This document shows, piece after piece, positions 48,263-57,836 of a stretch of 64,000 nt of DNA (the stretch's first letter is position 1; each line of letters opens with the position of its first letter). Source of the DNA: an uncultured Acidobacteriota bacterium (GTDB lineage Bacteria > Acidobacteriota > Terriglobia > Acidiferrales > UBA7541). Below the pieces are notes generated by a model that was given only the letters and a program-made list of their open reading frames with translations, had not been told where the DNA came from and did no database searches. The stretch spans positions 530,153 to 594,152 of the forward strand of contig CAVVWI010000006.1 in assembly GCA_963751935.1 (NCBI GenBank), given 5' to 3'. Both the position numbers and the translations under genes were made by a program.

Positions 48263-49312
48263 TCAGTAGCTTTCGTGCTCTTCGGAATCCGCGCTGCTGA
48301 CTTTCCCTGCGAAGCTCCGGTAGACGAATACGGTGTATCCGCTCGCGAGCGCCATTCCGATCACCCACCAGATCAGGCCGATCTTCAGGCCATATTCGCT
48401 CGCTTTTGCATTTGCTACGGTGAGTGCGAAGGCGGGATTCGTGCTGGCCGGCAGCACGCTCGGATAGACGCTGAAAACCACGCTCGTCAGCATCCCGACT
48501 ATATAAGCGCATGAACAACCAAACGCTGTCGCGTCGTCGCGTCCAATCGTCCAGTTCATTCCCAGCAGCCCAGCAATTGCCAGGATGGGAAAAACGTATC
48601 CCCACACCTCGATGCGAAAGTTCTTGAAGAGCTGGGGAAACATGATGAAGGTCACGAGCGTCAGCGCTACGGTCAGAAACGCAACGAGCCACCAAATCGC
48701 CGAAGCGCTCCGAACCGCGCGCGAATATAACTCACCTTGTGTCTTCAAGGCGAGCCACGTGGCGCCGTGCAACGTCAGGACGGCCAGCGCCACAACGCCG
48801 ACCATCACGGTGTACCAGTCAAGAATTCCCGTTTCGCCCGACGGCATGAAGTTCGTCCACAACGGTTCGAAGAAGCGCCCGTTCGCGTCCAGCGGCACGC
48901 CGCGAACCACGTTGCCAAGTGCGGCGCCGTAGAAAACGGCAAGCAGTAGGCTCGCCAGCGAGAACACCCCATCCCACAGCGTCGCCCAAATCGGCTGCGA
49001 GATGTGGCTGCGAAATTCGAGTGAAATTCCGCGCAGAATCAGCAGCCACAGGACCATCATCAGCGGCAGGTAGAATCCGCTGAAACCCGACGCGTACAAC
49101 GAGGGAAACGCGAAATAAAGCGTGCCCCCTGCCGCCAGCAGCCACACTTCATTCCCGTCCCAAACGGGGCCAATCGAGCGCATCAGGATTCGGCGCTCCG
49201 CATCGGTGCGGCCGAGCCAGAGATGAAGGATGCCGACGCCGATGTCGAATCCGTCGAGAACAACATAGCCGGCCAGCATGATGGCCACCAGACAGAACCA
49301 GATCGTTCCCAT
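48263..49312 (-). CDS. cydB: cytochrome bd ubiquinol oxidase subunit II
   Basis: 349 aa. N-terminal WFCLVAIMLAGYVVLDGFDIGVGIL is typical of CydB. Follows cydA. Confidence 0.9.
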   Translation of the reverse strand: MGTIWFCLVAIMLAGYVVLDGFDIGVGILHLWLGRTDAERRILMRSIGPVWDGNEVWLLAAGGTLYFAFPSLYASGFSGFYLPLMMVLWLLILRGISLEFRSHISQPIWATLWDGVFSLASLLLAVFYGAALGNVVRGVPLDANGRFFEPLWTNFMPSGETGILDWYTVMVGVVALAVLTLHGATWLALKTQGELYSRAVRSASAIWWLVAFLTVALTLVTFIMFPQLFKNFRIEVWGYVFPILAIAGLLGMNWTIGRDDATAFGCSCAYIVGMLTSVVFSVYPSVLPASTNPAFALTVANAKASEYGLKIGLIWWVIGMALASGYTVFVYRSFAGKVSSADSEEHESY

Positions 49313-49333
49313 CGTTTCCTCTCTCGATCCGAA

Positions 49334-50680
49334 TCAGGCTGCCCGCGCCGCCTCCGCGTGGCCCGGCGCAGGGCCACGCTCAATTTCCCGGTACACCAGG
49401 TACAAAAACAAGATGCCCAGAATCATGTACATCCCCAGAAACCCAATCAGCGTGAACCACGCGCTCCCCGCGGAGACGAGCGGCGAAACGCCCGCACTCG
49501 TTCGCATCAGTCCGTAAATCAGCCAGGGCTGGCGACCCACTTCCGCCGTGATCCATCCGGCCGTGTTCGCGATGAACGGGAACGGCAGCGCGAGCATCAG
49601 CGCCCAGAGCATAATTTTTGAGCCGTACAGTGTTCCGCGAAACAGTCTCCACGCGGCAATTACAAGAATCGCGATGAAGACCGTGCCCAGTCCCACCATG
49701 ATGTGGTAGCTGAAGTACAGCAGTTCGATGTTATCCGGCCAATCGGATCGTGGGAAATGATCGAGCCCGTCCACCTTCGCCGACCAGACGCGATACGTGA
49801 GGAAGCTCAAAGCGTCGGGAACGACAATCGGATTGTCCAATCGCTGATTCTTCACGTCCGGCTGGCCGAGGATGGCAAGCGGCGCGCCCTCCTGCGTTTC
49901 AAACAGCCCTTCCATCGCGGCGAGCGTCGGTTTCTGATACCTCGAGATCATCAAGCCCTGTTTGTCGCCCGTGGGAGAAAGCTGCATGCACGCCGCGATC
50001 ACTCCCACGATCACCGCGGTGCGAACGAACAATTTTCCCTGCTCCACATGGACGCCCGAAAGCAGGTAGTACGCGCCGATGGCCGCCATCACGAAGCAGC
50101 CCGTCTGCACTGCGCCGAGCATCGTGTGCGAGTATTGCCAGAGTGCCCACGGGTTCAGCACGAGCCCCCAGAAGCTTTGCAGGCCAAACGATCCGTTGCT
50201 CTCGAGCGAATATCCCACCGGGTGCTGCATCCAGGCGTCGGTCGCCACGATCAGGTAGCCCGAGAGCCACGATCCGATAAACATCATCAGCGACGAAAAC
50301 CAGTGCCCTCGCGGGCCGAGCCGCTTCTCGCCGAACAAAAACAATCCGAGAAACGATGACTCCAGAAAAAACGAAAACACGCCCTCCATCGCAAGCGTCT
50401 GGCCGATCACGCCGCCCGCGGCTCGCGAAAACTCCGACCAGTTCGTGCCGAACTGAAATTCCATCGGAATCCCGGTCACCACTCCCAGCGCGAAGCTGAT
50501 TCCGAAAATCCGAGCCCAGAAACGGGCCGCGCGGTTGTACAAATCGTTGCCGGTTCGCAGCGCGAGCGTCTTCAGGATGAAGATCAGGAGCGCAAGGCCC
50601 ATCGTGAGCTGTGGGAAGATGTAGTGGAATGTAACAGTGAAGGCAAAGTGCAGCCGGTGCACGGCAAGTGCGTTCCCCAT
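49334..50680 (-). CDS. cydA: cytochrome bd ubiquinol oxidase subunit I
   Basis: HRLHFAFTVTFHYIFPQLTMGLA N-terminus and Q-loop region. ATG at 50680 with a GGAGG RBS. Confidence 0.9.
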   Translation of the reverse strand: MGNALAVHRLHFAFTVTFHYIFPQLTMGLALLIFILKTLALRTGNDLYNRAARFWARIFGISFALGVVTGIPMEFQFGTNWSEFSRAAGGVIGQTLAMEGVFSFFLESSFLGLFLFGEKRLGPRGHWFSSLMMFIGSWLSGYLIVATDAWMQHPVGYSLESNGSFGLQSFWGLVLNPWALWQYSHTMLGAVQTGCFVMAAIGAYYLLSGVHVEQGKLFVRTAVIVGVIAACMQLSPTGDKQGLMISRYQKPTLAAMEGLFETQEGAPLAILGQPDVKNQRLDNPIVVPDALSFLTYRVWSAKVDGLDHFPRSDWPDNIELLYFSYHIMVGLGTVFIAILVIAAWRLFRGTLYGSKIMLWALMLALPFPFIANTAGWITAEVGRQPWLIYGLMRTSAGVSPLVSAGSAWFTLIGFLGMYMILGILFLYLVYREIERGPAPGHAEAARAA

Positions 50681-50750
50681 GGCCCCTCCACTCGCCACGA
50701 ACGATATAGCGCGCCCCCCTCTGATGCAATCGCAAAGAACTGAGGTCCGC

Positions 50751-50798
50751 GCCTTTAAGTTTAAACGTAGCGCCGCGCTTCAGCGCGGCATCTTCGCC
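50751..50798. repeat. REP-like element, family 2
   Basis: GCCTTTAAGTTTAAACGTAGCGCCGCGCTTCAGCGCGGCATCTTCGCC. Confidence 0.6.
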
Positions 50799-50838
50799 TC
50801 GGTTCCGTGTCAGCCCCGGCCGAGGGACCTAGGTTGCT

Positions 50839-50923
50839 CTGAAACCTGATCCCCATCGCCCGAAGCTTGCCCGCCGTGGCGGGCCTGCTTTGCCCTGAAA
50901 CCTGAAACCCGACACCTGAAACC
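50839..50923. repeat. CTGAAACC short-repeat cluster with GCCCGCCGTGGCGGGC hairpin
   Basis: CTGAAACC at 50839, 50895, 50902 and 50916. The hairpin also occurs at 52136-52150. Confidence 0.55.
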
Positions 50924-51041
50924 TGTCCGATGAATCCTTTTCCTTGGTCTCCCCGTATAGCTCAGTATCCGAGCCTCAGGAAGATTCCCCCCTCATAATG
51001 GGAGAAGAGGAATCACTCCAATCTAACAAGGAGAATACCCA

Positions 51042-51431
51042 ATGAAACCCAACATCATGTTAATCATCGCGTCTGTGCTCTCGATCCTCCTCATGACCTT
51101 TCACCTGACGGACGACATCGTCCGCGGGATGGAGCCAGGAACGCTTTTCGACCTCATCGCGGTGCCAATCCTGGTCGCCTGGCTGTACGGAACGCTGGTG
51201 CTGGCCGAAAGGCGATCGGGGTACGTCATCATCCTCCTCGGGTCGCTCCTTGGGTTGCTCGTCCCTGTCATCCACATGAAGGGGAGGGGTGTCGGCGTCG
51301 GCAGCCACATCGCCAATTCCAGCGGAGCCTTCTTCTTTATCTGGACACTCATCGCGCTCGGCGTCACCGCGCTCTTCTCCGTCATCCTCTCGGCGCGCGC
51401 GTTATGGGAGGGAGCGGTTCAAAAGGATTAA
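51042..51431 (+). CDS. four-TM membrane protein, hypothetical
   Basis: 129-aa ORF with a GGAGAA RBS. Hydrophobic helices. Confidence 0.6.
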   Translation: MKPNIMLIIASVLSILLMTFHLTDDIVRGMEPGTLFDLIAVPILVAWLYGTLVLAERRSGYVIILLGSLLGLLVPVIHMKGRGVGVGSHIANSSGAFFFIWTLIALGVTALFSVILSARALWEGAVQKD

Positions 51432-51472
51432 ACGTCGTATAATCTCGCGCGCGCAACTCGGAAGCAGAACAT

Positions 51473-51916
51473 ATGAACGTACAAGAACAAATCAAGAAGT
51501 ATATTACCAGCCAACCGGAGCCAAAACGCAGTGACATGCGAGAGTTGCATCGGCTCACACTTCAAGTGTCACCAGAATGCAAATTATGGTTCTTCGATGG
51601 TAAAGACAAAAATCATACTGTTTCCAACCCAACGATTGGATATGGATTTCACACAATAAAATATGCCAATGGAAAAAGTAGAGAGTTTTTTCAAATTGGT
51701 GTGAGCGGAAACAAAACCGGAATCTCTGTCTATATTCTTGGTCTCAAAGATAAGAAGTACTTAGCCAAAACGTATGGAAAAAAACTGGGCAAGGCGAGCG
51801 TGACCGGATACTGCATTCGGTTTAAAACTCTAAAGGATATAAACATCGACACGCTTAAAGCGGCAATACGATATGGGCTTGCAGCTCAGAATGAAAAAGG
51901 CAAGCTGACGAAATAA
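51473..51916 (+). CDS. DUF1801 (YdhG-like) domain protein
   Basis: MNVQEQIKKYITSQPEPKRSDMRELHRL ... CIRFKTLKDINIDTLKAAI pattern. Distinctly AT-richer than the neighbours. Confidence 0.7.
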   Translation: MNVQEQIKKYITSQPEPKRSDMRELHRLTLQVSPECKLWFFDGKDKNHTVSNPTIGYGFHTIKYANGKSREFFQIGVSGNKTGISVYILGLKDKKYLAKTYGKKLGKASVTGYCIRFKTLKDINIDTLKAAIRYGLAAQNEKGKLTK

Positions 51917-51965
51917 TTCCACTGCTAAGGGCAAACCTGCGCGTCGGAGGGTCTCGCACCGGCGC

Positions 51966-52015
51966 GCCTTTAGGTTTAAACGCAGAGCCGGGGTCTTTAG
52001 CGCGGCATCTTCGCC
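51966..52015. repeat. REP-like element, family 2
   Basis: GCCTTTAGGTTTAAACGCAGAGCCGGGGTCTTTAGCGCGGCATCTTCGCC. Confidence 0.55.
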
Positions 52016-52030
52016 GCAGCCGAGCAGCGC

Positions 52031-52160
52031 GTCGGGCTCGCGACGAGCTAAAGCGCCGTAGGCGCGACATAAATTAGCCCAGCGCGTAAGCGCTGGGAAA
52101 CCTGATACATAAATCTCCCGAGCGCCGTAGGGCCTGCCCGCCGTGGCGGGCGCGACACAT
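52031..52160. repeat. REP-like element, family 3 (left direct copy)
   Basis: GACGAGCTAAAGCGCCGTAGGCGCGACATAAATTAGCCCAGCGCGTAAGCGCTGGG ... CCCGAGCGCCGTAGG ... CGCGACACA. Direct copy at 52463-52570. Confidence 0.7.
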
Positions 52161-52272
52161 GCCTCACACCCATTCCCTACTCACTAACGGAAAGCGCTCT
52201 CTCTCCATTTCAGGCTGAACCAACACACTCGTGTGTATTCTTGCTTAGTCTGCATTGGTACTTCTAGCATCA

Positions 52273-52346
52273 GTATTTCTACTGTTAGCCTCCGTATTTC
52301 TTCGCCTACGCGATGTATTTCTACTGATGGTCTTTCTACTGATGGG
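52273..52346. repeat. short direct repeats GTATTTCT(ACTG) with about 21-bp phasing in an AT-rich spacer
   Basis: Copies start at 52273, 52294 and 52315, plus TCTTTCTACTGATGG at 52331. Confidence 0.55.
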
Positions 52347-52462
52347 CGGGTGGCACGTTCTTGCTTGCGGAAGTGCACGCGTCATGGAAATTCAAAAGCG
52401 AAAACCTGGGCGTCACATGGTGTCGCACCCGGCTGATCGCGCGTAACGCGTCAAGCACCGCA

Positions 52463-52570
52463 TCGGGTCCGAGACGAGCTAAAGCGCCGTAGGCGCGACA
52501 TAATTTAGCCCAACGCGTAAGCGTTGGGTCCCTAGCGCAAAAGACCCCGAGCGCCGTAGGCGCGACACAG
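52463..52570. repeat. REP-like element, family 3 (right direct copy)
   Basis: About 60 nt nearly identical to 52041-52100, plus a shared CCCGAGCGCCGTAGGCGCGACACA tail. Confidence 0.7.
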
Positions 52571-52679
52571 CTCTTCAATTCCCCATTTCACCGATTCGCC
52601 TTTACGGAACCTCACAACCGCCGGGGTGGCGTCCCAATTTGAAGTTCTTACTTCTTGATTGCGTTACAGTATCTACCTC

Positions 52680-53495
52680 ATGCTAAAGGCCATCGGCGCA
52701 ATTCTCATGTTGTGCGGATTCGCAATCCATCTTTCCGGTCAGACACAACACGGCACCAGCGCTAAGAAGCCCCCATCCAATCCACAAGGACAAGCTACCT
52801 CTACCTTTGTAAACAACTCGTGCAACGAAACCTGCACGGATAGCACCAAGAATCAAACGTCACACTGGTACGCATCTCCGGAATGGTGGCTCGTAATTGT
52901 TGCCATACCAACATTGATTCTTATTTGGTACCAAGCTAGAGCCACCGCCAAGTCTGCTAAAGCCACCGAAGACAGCGTGGAGGAGATTAAGCGACAAGTC
53001 GGCTTCATGGAGAGGCAAACCAAGGCTGCAGAGGACGCTGCCACTGCAGCCAAAAACAGCTCTGATGTGCTGGCTAATATCGAACGGGCATGGGTGGACA
53101 TTCTGGTAAAGCGGCAAGGCAACACCGGCTACTTTTGGGAAATCACCAATTATGGTCGCACCGTTGCGCACATAAAGGAACTCCATCTGGTCATACGGCT
53201 TACGCCATCGGACGGAAGCACTCCGTCGGGAGCAGAGCGTACGTATCCAAGAAACAAGCTACTGGTTCCCCAAGCTCCTTGGCCTGCGTTGCATCTCGAC
53301 TTGATCCAAGACTTGGGAGAACGGACCTTCGCTATGGTGAGGAGCGGGGAAATGAGGCTTGATTATACATTCACCGTGCGCTATGAGGGTATTGTTCCCA
53401 ATGGGAGCAGTGAATCCCTGCATTATTACGACACGGCGAACAGCTACCAATGCCTGCGCCCTGTCGAAGCACCCCAATACAATCCACGTGACTAG
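52680..53495 (+). CDS. hypothetical membrane protein
   Basis: ATG at 52680 (MLKAIGAILMLCGFAI), a second TM (WWLVIVAIPTLILIWY), then a coiled-coil-like segment. No known motif. Confidence 0.55.
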   Translation: MLKAIGAILMLCGFAIHLSGQTQHGTSAKKPPSNPQGQATSTFVNNSCNETCTDSTKNQTSHWYASPEWWLVIVAIPTLILIWYQARATAKSAKATEDSVEEIKRQVGFMERQTKAAEDAATAAKNSSDVLANIERAWVDILVKRQGNTGYFWEITNYGRTVAHIKELHLVIRLTPSDGSTPSGAERTYPRNKLLVPQAPWPALHLDLIQDLGERTFAMVRSGEMRLDYTFTVRYEGIVPNGSSESLHYYDTANSYQCLRPVEAPQYNPRD

Positions 53496-53547
53496 CAGCA
53501 CCCAAATTAGGACAGTTCGTAGTCTGTCAACGCCAGGAGAAGCGCAA

Positions 53548-54132
53548 ATGAATATTGAACGGAAGATGACCTTCGGTGTACTGGGGGTTCTGTTTCTAGC
53601 ATCCGGTGCGCGGGCACAGGTAAGCTGTTCGCCGAATGTGGACAAGAAAATGTGCGCCGATGTTGCGACATTCCTTGACCCGATTGTAGACCATGGAACG
53701 CCGTATCATGGGGTTGGCATCCCTGTGGAAATTGTCACAACCGCGGAGTACGCAAAGCGGATCGCCGACACAAAAGAATTAGAGAAGAGAGAGATGGATT
53801 ATGCCGGTGGCATGGACAAGGCGGCAAAATCCCCGGACAAATTCTCGCCTTTCTACAGACACACCTTGGCAAACAGTTGGGACGAGAACATTACGTTTTT
53901 CCGCGACAAACCATCCTCTAATCTTGTACGCACAATTCTGATTTCATCCGCTGCGTTTGAAGGATTCGTGCTAGGAGCGGTAGACCCCAAAACGAACGCC
54001 GTGCAAACCGTTCCTACTGGCAAGTACGATTCTAGCCGTACCGCAAACGCTGCAGCTTTTATTGGCGGTTACCTCTGCGGAACAATGGCAAGAGCGTGGG
54101 ATGGAAGCATTACCACCACAGACATGAATTAG
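53548..54132 (+). CDS. hypothetical secreted protein
   Basis: 194 aa from MNIERKMTFGVLGVLFLASGARAQ with an AGGAGA RBS. Confidence 0.6.
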   Translation: MNIERKMTFGVLGVLFLASGARAQVSCSPNVDKKMCADVATFLDPIVDHGTPYHGVGIPVEIVTTAEYAKRIADTKELEKREMDYAGGMDKAAKSPDKFSPFYRHTLANSWDENITFFRDKPSSNLVRTILISSAAFEGFVLGAVDPKTNAVQTVPTGKYDSSRTANAAAFIGGYLCGTMARAWDGSITTTDMN

Positions 54133-54250
54133 CCCGTCGGTGGCCAACATTTCAGCAGTCCCAAGGGCTTGAGTCGGAACTACGGGCAACTTGTCCGGTA
54201 AAGTTTATCAAGTAATAATATTTACACATGCTCCCTAAAAGGACTCGGGT

Positions 54251-54760
54251 CTATTCAACTGGCTGTGGCGTTTGCGTTGATGGCTCTAAAAGGACTAGCG
54301 CTTCCTTTAATGCTTGAAAGAATTGCTGTAGCGTTCCTTCGGTCCGCGTCGTTCGATCCGGCATCCATGCGATCTGCCAAGTCATTTCGTGATGCCCGAT
54401 CTTCCTGAACATCTGGCCTATCGCGAGTAGTTGGGCTTCATTCGGTGGAAACATTACATCTACATAGAGGTATTCGTAGATGTCGATCCGAAGTGTTTTG
54501 AACTCCCTGTAGAACTCATTCTGGATTTTGTAGTTCTCGGGCCCGAGGATAACCGAGTGGTTGAAATAGCCCCGTCCTTCAGATTCGTCACCGATCAAAT
54601 CTCCATTAGGCATAAGCATGTAGAACGCTTGTTTGCTCGATACCGAAGACGCACTGCGCGGGGGAAATAGGCGTTCGATTTCTTCGAGCGTCCTCCGACC
54701 AGCGTTTTCGGTAGGGCGCCGATCCTCCGGCCAGATTGTATTCATACTGATCCCCTTCAT
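54251..54760 (-). CDS. hypothetical protein
   Basis: 169-aa ORF with protein-like composition in an AT-richer region. No motif recognised. Confidence 0.5.
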   Translation of the reverse strand: MKGISMNTIWPEDRRPTENAGRRTLEEIERLFPPRSASSVSSKQAFYMLMPNGDLIGDESEGRGYFNHSVILGPENYKIQNEFYREFKTLRIDIYEYLYVDVMFPPNEAQLLAIGQMFRKIGHHEMTWQIAWMPDRTTRTEGTLQQFFQALKEALVLLEPSTQTPQPVE

Positions 54761-55083
54761 GCCACGGCGTCGATTATGGCGGGTGGCACAGCCTTAAGCC
54801 CTTGATTCTCAGGGTGCCGCAGCCCTTCGACGTTTGAAGGGTGCGCGCCGTTGGTTTTGGCTCCTTCTCCACTTCTCCGCAGCTACGGTCAGGCCGGCGG
54901 GGGCTGAAGCCCGAGTTCCAAGGTCGCACCGCCCTTGTCGCCCTCGACGGAATCTCAAAACCGCCGCTAACTCCGCATTTTCTGCAGGTTAACGGTCTAA
55001 GTAGTTCCCACAATAGAAATCATCCACAAATTGTGCTACCGTCAGTCGTTTTCTTCCAAGGAGCCAGAGGAGGAACACTCGAC

Positions 55084-55587
55084 ATGGCCGCCCAGAACCA
55101 ACACAGCGCATGGCAGCGACCCATCGAGCGAAGGCTCACCGCCGGTCGCCCGCGCCGCGCAAATCGAGAGCGCCCATCGCGCGACCGCCACTCGCGTAAG
55201 TGCCAAATTTGCAGCCATCCCCGGCGACAGGACATCGAACAGGATTTCCTCCGCTGGCTCAGCCCAGACCGCATCGCCGCGCAATACGGCCTCGCCGACC
55301 ATTCCACGGTTTATCGCCACGTCCATGCCACCGGGCTCTTCAAGCGCCGCAGCGAAAGTATCCATCTCGCTCTCGACAGCATCCTCGAACAGGGCAACGC
55401 CCTCGTGAACGTAAACGCCCATTCCATCCTGCAAGCCGTCAAGTTCTCAGCCATCCTCGACGGCGAATGGATCGAGCCGCCCAGAAATCATGTCGTCGAA
55501 ACACGAAGAACCGAGTCCCCTAATCGCCAAATTCCGATATTAGAACCCTCACAACTCTCTGAAAACAAAGGTGCCGTCTCATCCTAA
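55084..55587 (+). CDS. hypothetical CxxC plus HTH-like protein
   Basis: ATG at 55084 with a GAGGAGG RBS. KCQICSHPRRQDIEQDFLRWLSPDRIAAQYGLADHSTVYRHV suggests a zinc knuckle plus HTH. Confidence 0.55.
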   Translation: MAAQNQHSAWQRPIERRLTAGRPRRANRERPSRDRHSRKCQICSHPRRQDIEQDFLRWLSPDRIAAQYGLADHSTVYRHVHATGLFKRRSESIHLALDSILEQGNALVNVNAHSILQAVKFSAILDGEWIEPPRNHVVETRRTESPNRQIPILEPSQLSENKGAVSS

Positions 55588-55703
55588 TCGCCAAATATCC
55601 CACCCCCGCATTCTTGGCACATCCGCCGTCCATCTCCTCCCGCGAGCCCTTCACCGGGCGTACAATGCTCGCCGCTGGCAGAGTCCATCGCTTCGGAGGA
55701 AGC

Positions 55704-57770
55704 ATGAAGACAGGAATTCGGTTCGTCGCGATTGCAATTGGCGTCGCAATCTTCGCGGCCTGGTGCTCGGTTTCCACGCCGGCGCAGACGCCGCAGCGGC
55801 ACGCCATCACGTTCAAGGATCTGATCTCGATGCATCGCGTCGCCGATCCCGAGATCTCGCCCGACGGCCAATGGATCGCCTACTCCGTGGCCACGCCCGA
55901 TCTCGAAGCGAATCGAACGACGCACAACATCTGGATCGTTCCCGCAGCGGGCGGCGAATCGCGGCAGATCACGCGAGGTGGAACTGACGAGCGGCCGCGC
56001 TGGTCGCCGGACGGAAGGAAACTTGCGTTTCTCTCATCACGTGGCGGCGCTGCTCAGATTTATTCGATCGCTCTGGAGGGCGGCGAGGCGAGCCGCGTCA
56101 CTTCCCTTTCCACCGGCGCGGACAACGAATTGTGGTCGGCGGACGGAAAATGGATCGCGTTCGTGTCCAACGTTTTCCTTGATTGCAAAGACGACGACTG
56201 CAATTCGAAGCGCGCCGCCGAGGTGGAGAAGAATAAGGTCAAGGCGCACGTCTACGAGAAAACGCTCTACCGCCATTGGACCGCTTGGTGGGACGGCACG
56301 CGCAGCCACCTGTTCATTGTGCCTGCGAGCGGAGGAACGCCGCGCGACCTGACGCCCGGCGCCAATTACGACGTGCCGCCGTTCAACCTGGGCGAGCCGG
56401 AAGCGATTGCCTTCTCGCCCGACAGCCAGGAACTCGCCTTTACCGCTAACACCGATAAGGACGAGGCGCTGAGCACGAACGGCGATCTCTTCACGGTTCC
56501 CATTTCTGGCGCGAGCGAACCCAAGCGCATCACCACGAATCCGGCGGACGATTGGGGTCCGGCGTATTCGCCCGACGGAAAATGGATCGCCTATCGCGCG
56601 CAGACGCAACCCGGCTACGAAAGCGACCGCTGGCGTCTCATGCTTTACGACCGCAAAAACGACAAGCACGTTAACTTGACCGAGAGATTCGACGGCAACG
56701 TTGACGAAATCGCCTGGGCGCCGGACAGCAAGACGATCTACTTCGTGACCTCGCAAAAGGCGCTGAACCCCATCTATGAGATTGGGACGAATCCCGGCAG
56801 TTCGCCTAAAGCCGTTATCGCGACGGGCTCGAACGGCGAAATCGCGGTCAGCCACGACGGCCGCGGTCTCGTCTTCACGCGAAGCAGCCTGACCATGCCC
56901 GCGGAAATTTTTGCCGCGGATTCCGACGGCTCAAATGTGCGCCAGATTACGCATCAGAATGCCGCCATCCTTGCGCAGCTCGAACTTCCCGCCGCTGAGG
57001 CGTTCTGGTTCGCGGGCGCCGAAGGAACCGAGGTGCAAGGGCTCCTGCTTCGGCCGCCGGGATTCGATGCGTCGAAGAAATATCCGTTGCTGCTGCTGAT
57101 TCACGGCGGGCCGCAGGGCGAATGGGGCGACGCTTGGGGTTATCGCTGGAATCCGCAGGTGATGGCCGCTCCGGGATACGTCGTGTTGATGATCAATCCT
57201 CGCGGTTCCTTTGGCTACGGCGCGAAATTTACGGAAGAAATCAGCCGCGATTGGGGCGGGAAGGTCTACACGGATTTGATGAACGGCGTCGACGCCGCCA
57301 TTGCGAAATACCCGTTCATCGATGGCTCGCGAACGGCGGCCGCGGGCGGCTCGTACGGCGGTTACATGATCGATTGGATCGCCACGCAAACGGGCCGGTT
57401 CAAGTGCCTCATCAGCCACGCGGGCCCGTACGATGCGGTCTCGATGTACGCGACGGAAGAGCTTTGGTTCAACGAGTGGGAGTTTGGCGGGACGCCGTGG
57501 TCGAGCCCGGACCTTTATCGCAAGTGGTCACCGAGCGAATTTGGCGCGGCGCTGGGCAAGTTCAAGACGCCGACGCTCGTGATCGGCGGCGAACTCGATT
57601 TTCGCGTGCCCTACACTCAGGACCTCGAGTTTTTCAATTCGCTGCAGCGTCAGGGAGTGCCTTCGAAGCTCGTGATCTTTCCCGACGAAGGCCACTGGGT
57701 GCTCAAACCTCAAAACAGCGAATTCTGGTACAAGACTTTTCTCGATTGGCTCGCAACGTACCTGAAGTAG
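55704..57770 (+). CDS. S9-family serine peptidase with beta-propeller, secreted
   Basis: Repeated PRWSPDGRK/AYSPDGKW propeller motifs. GGSYGGY nucleophile elbow. ATG at 55704 with a GGAGGA RBS. Confidence 0.9.
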   Translation: MKTGIRFVAIAIGVAIFAAWCSVSTPAQTPQRHAITFKDLISMHRVADPEISPDGQWIAYSVATPDLEANRTTHNIWIVPAAGGESRQITRGGTDERPRWSPDGRKLAFLSSRGGAAQIYSIALEGGEASRVTSLSTGADNELWSADGKWIAFVSNVFLDCKDDDCNSKRAAEVEKNKVKAHVYEKTLYRHWTAWWDGTRSHLFIVPASGGTPRDLTPGANYDVPPFNLGEPEAIAFSPDSQELAFTANTDKDEALSTNGDLFTVPISGASEPKRITTNPADDWGPAYSPDGKWIAYRAQTQPGYESDRWRLMLYDRKNDKHVNLTERFDGNVDEIAWAPDSKTIYFVTSQKALNPIYEIGTNPGSSPKAVIATGSNGEIAVSHDGRGLVFTRSSLTMPAEIFAADSDGSNVRQITHQNAAILAQLELPAAEAFWFAGAEGTEVQGLLLRPPGFDASKKYPLLLLIHGGPQGEWGDAWGYRWNPQVMAAPGYVVLMINPRGSFGYGAKFTEEISRDWGGKVYTDLMNGVDAAIAKYPFIDGSRTAAAGGSYGGYMIDWIATQTGRFKCLISHAGPYDAVSMYATEELWFNEWEFGGTPWSSPDLYRKWSPSEFGAALGKFKTPTLVIGGELDFRVPYTQDLEFFNSLQRQGVPSKLVIFPDEGHWVLKPQNSEFWYKTFLDWLATYLK

Positions 57771-57788
57771 CCGAGGCTGCGTCAGCGC

Positions 57789-57817
57789 AAAAAAAAGGGC
57801 GGGACTGAGCCCGCCCT
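57789..57817 (-). terminator. intrinsic terminator (for 57837-58175; the hairpin could also stop the convergent S9 gene)
   Basis: AGGGCGGG-ACTGAG-CCCGCCCT stem-loop. On the minus strand it is followed by a T8 tract (A-run 57789-57796). Confidence 0.75.
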
Positions 57818-57836
57818 CTCTGTTGGCTGTTCGTGT

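Noticed and set aside
52255-52446. 63-aa hydrophobic ORF (MVLLASVFLLLASVFL...) as a possible type I toxin
   Set aside because: It has a TTG start and no RBS. Its hydrophobic repeats are simply the translation of the DNA direct repeats, so there is no independent support.
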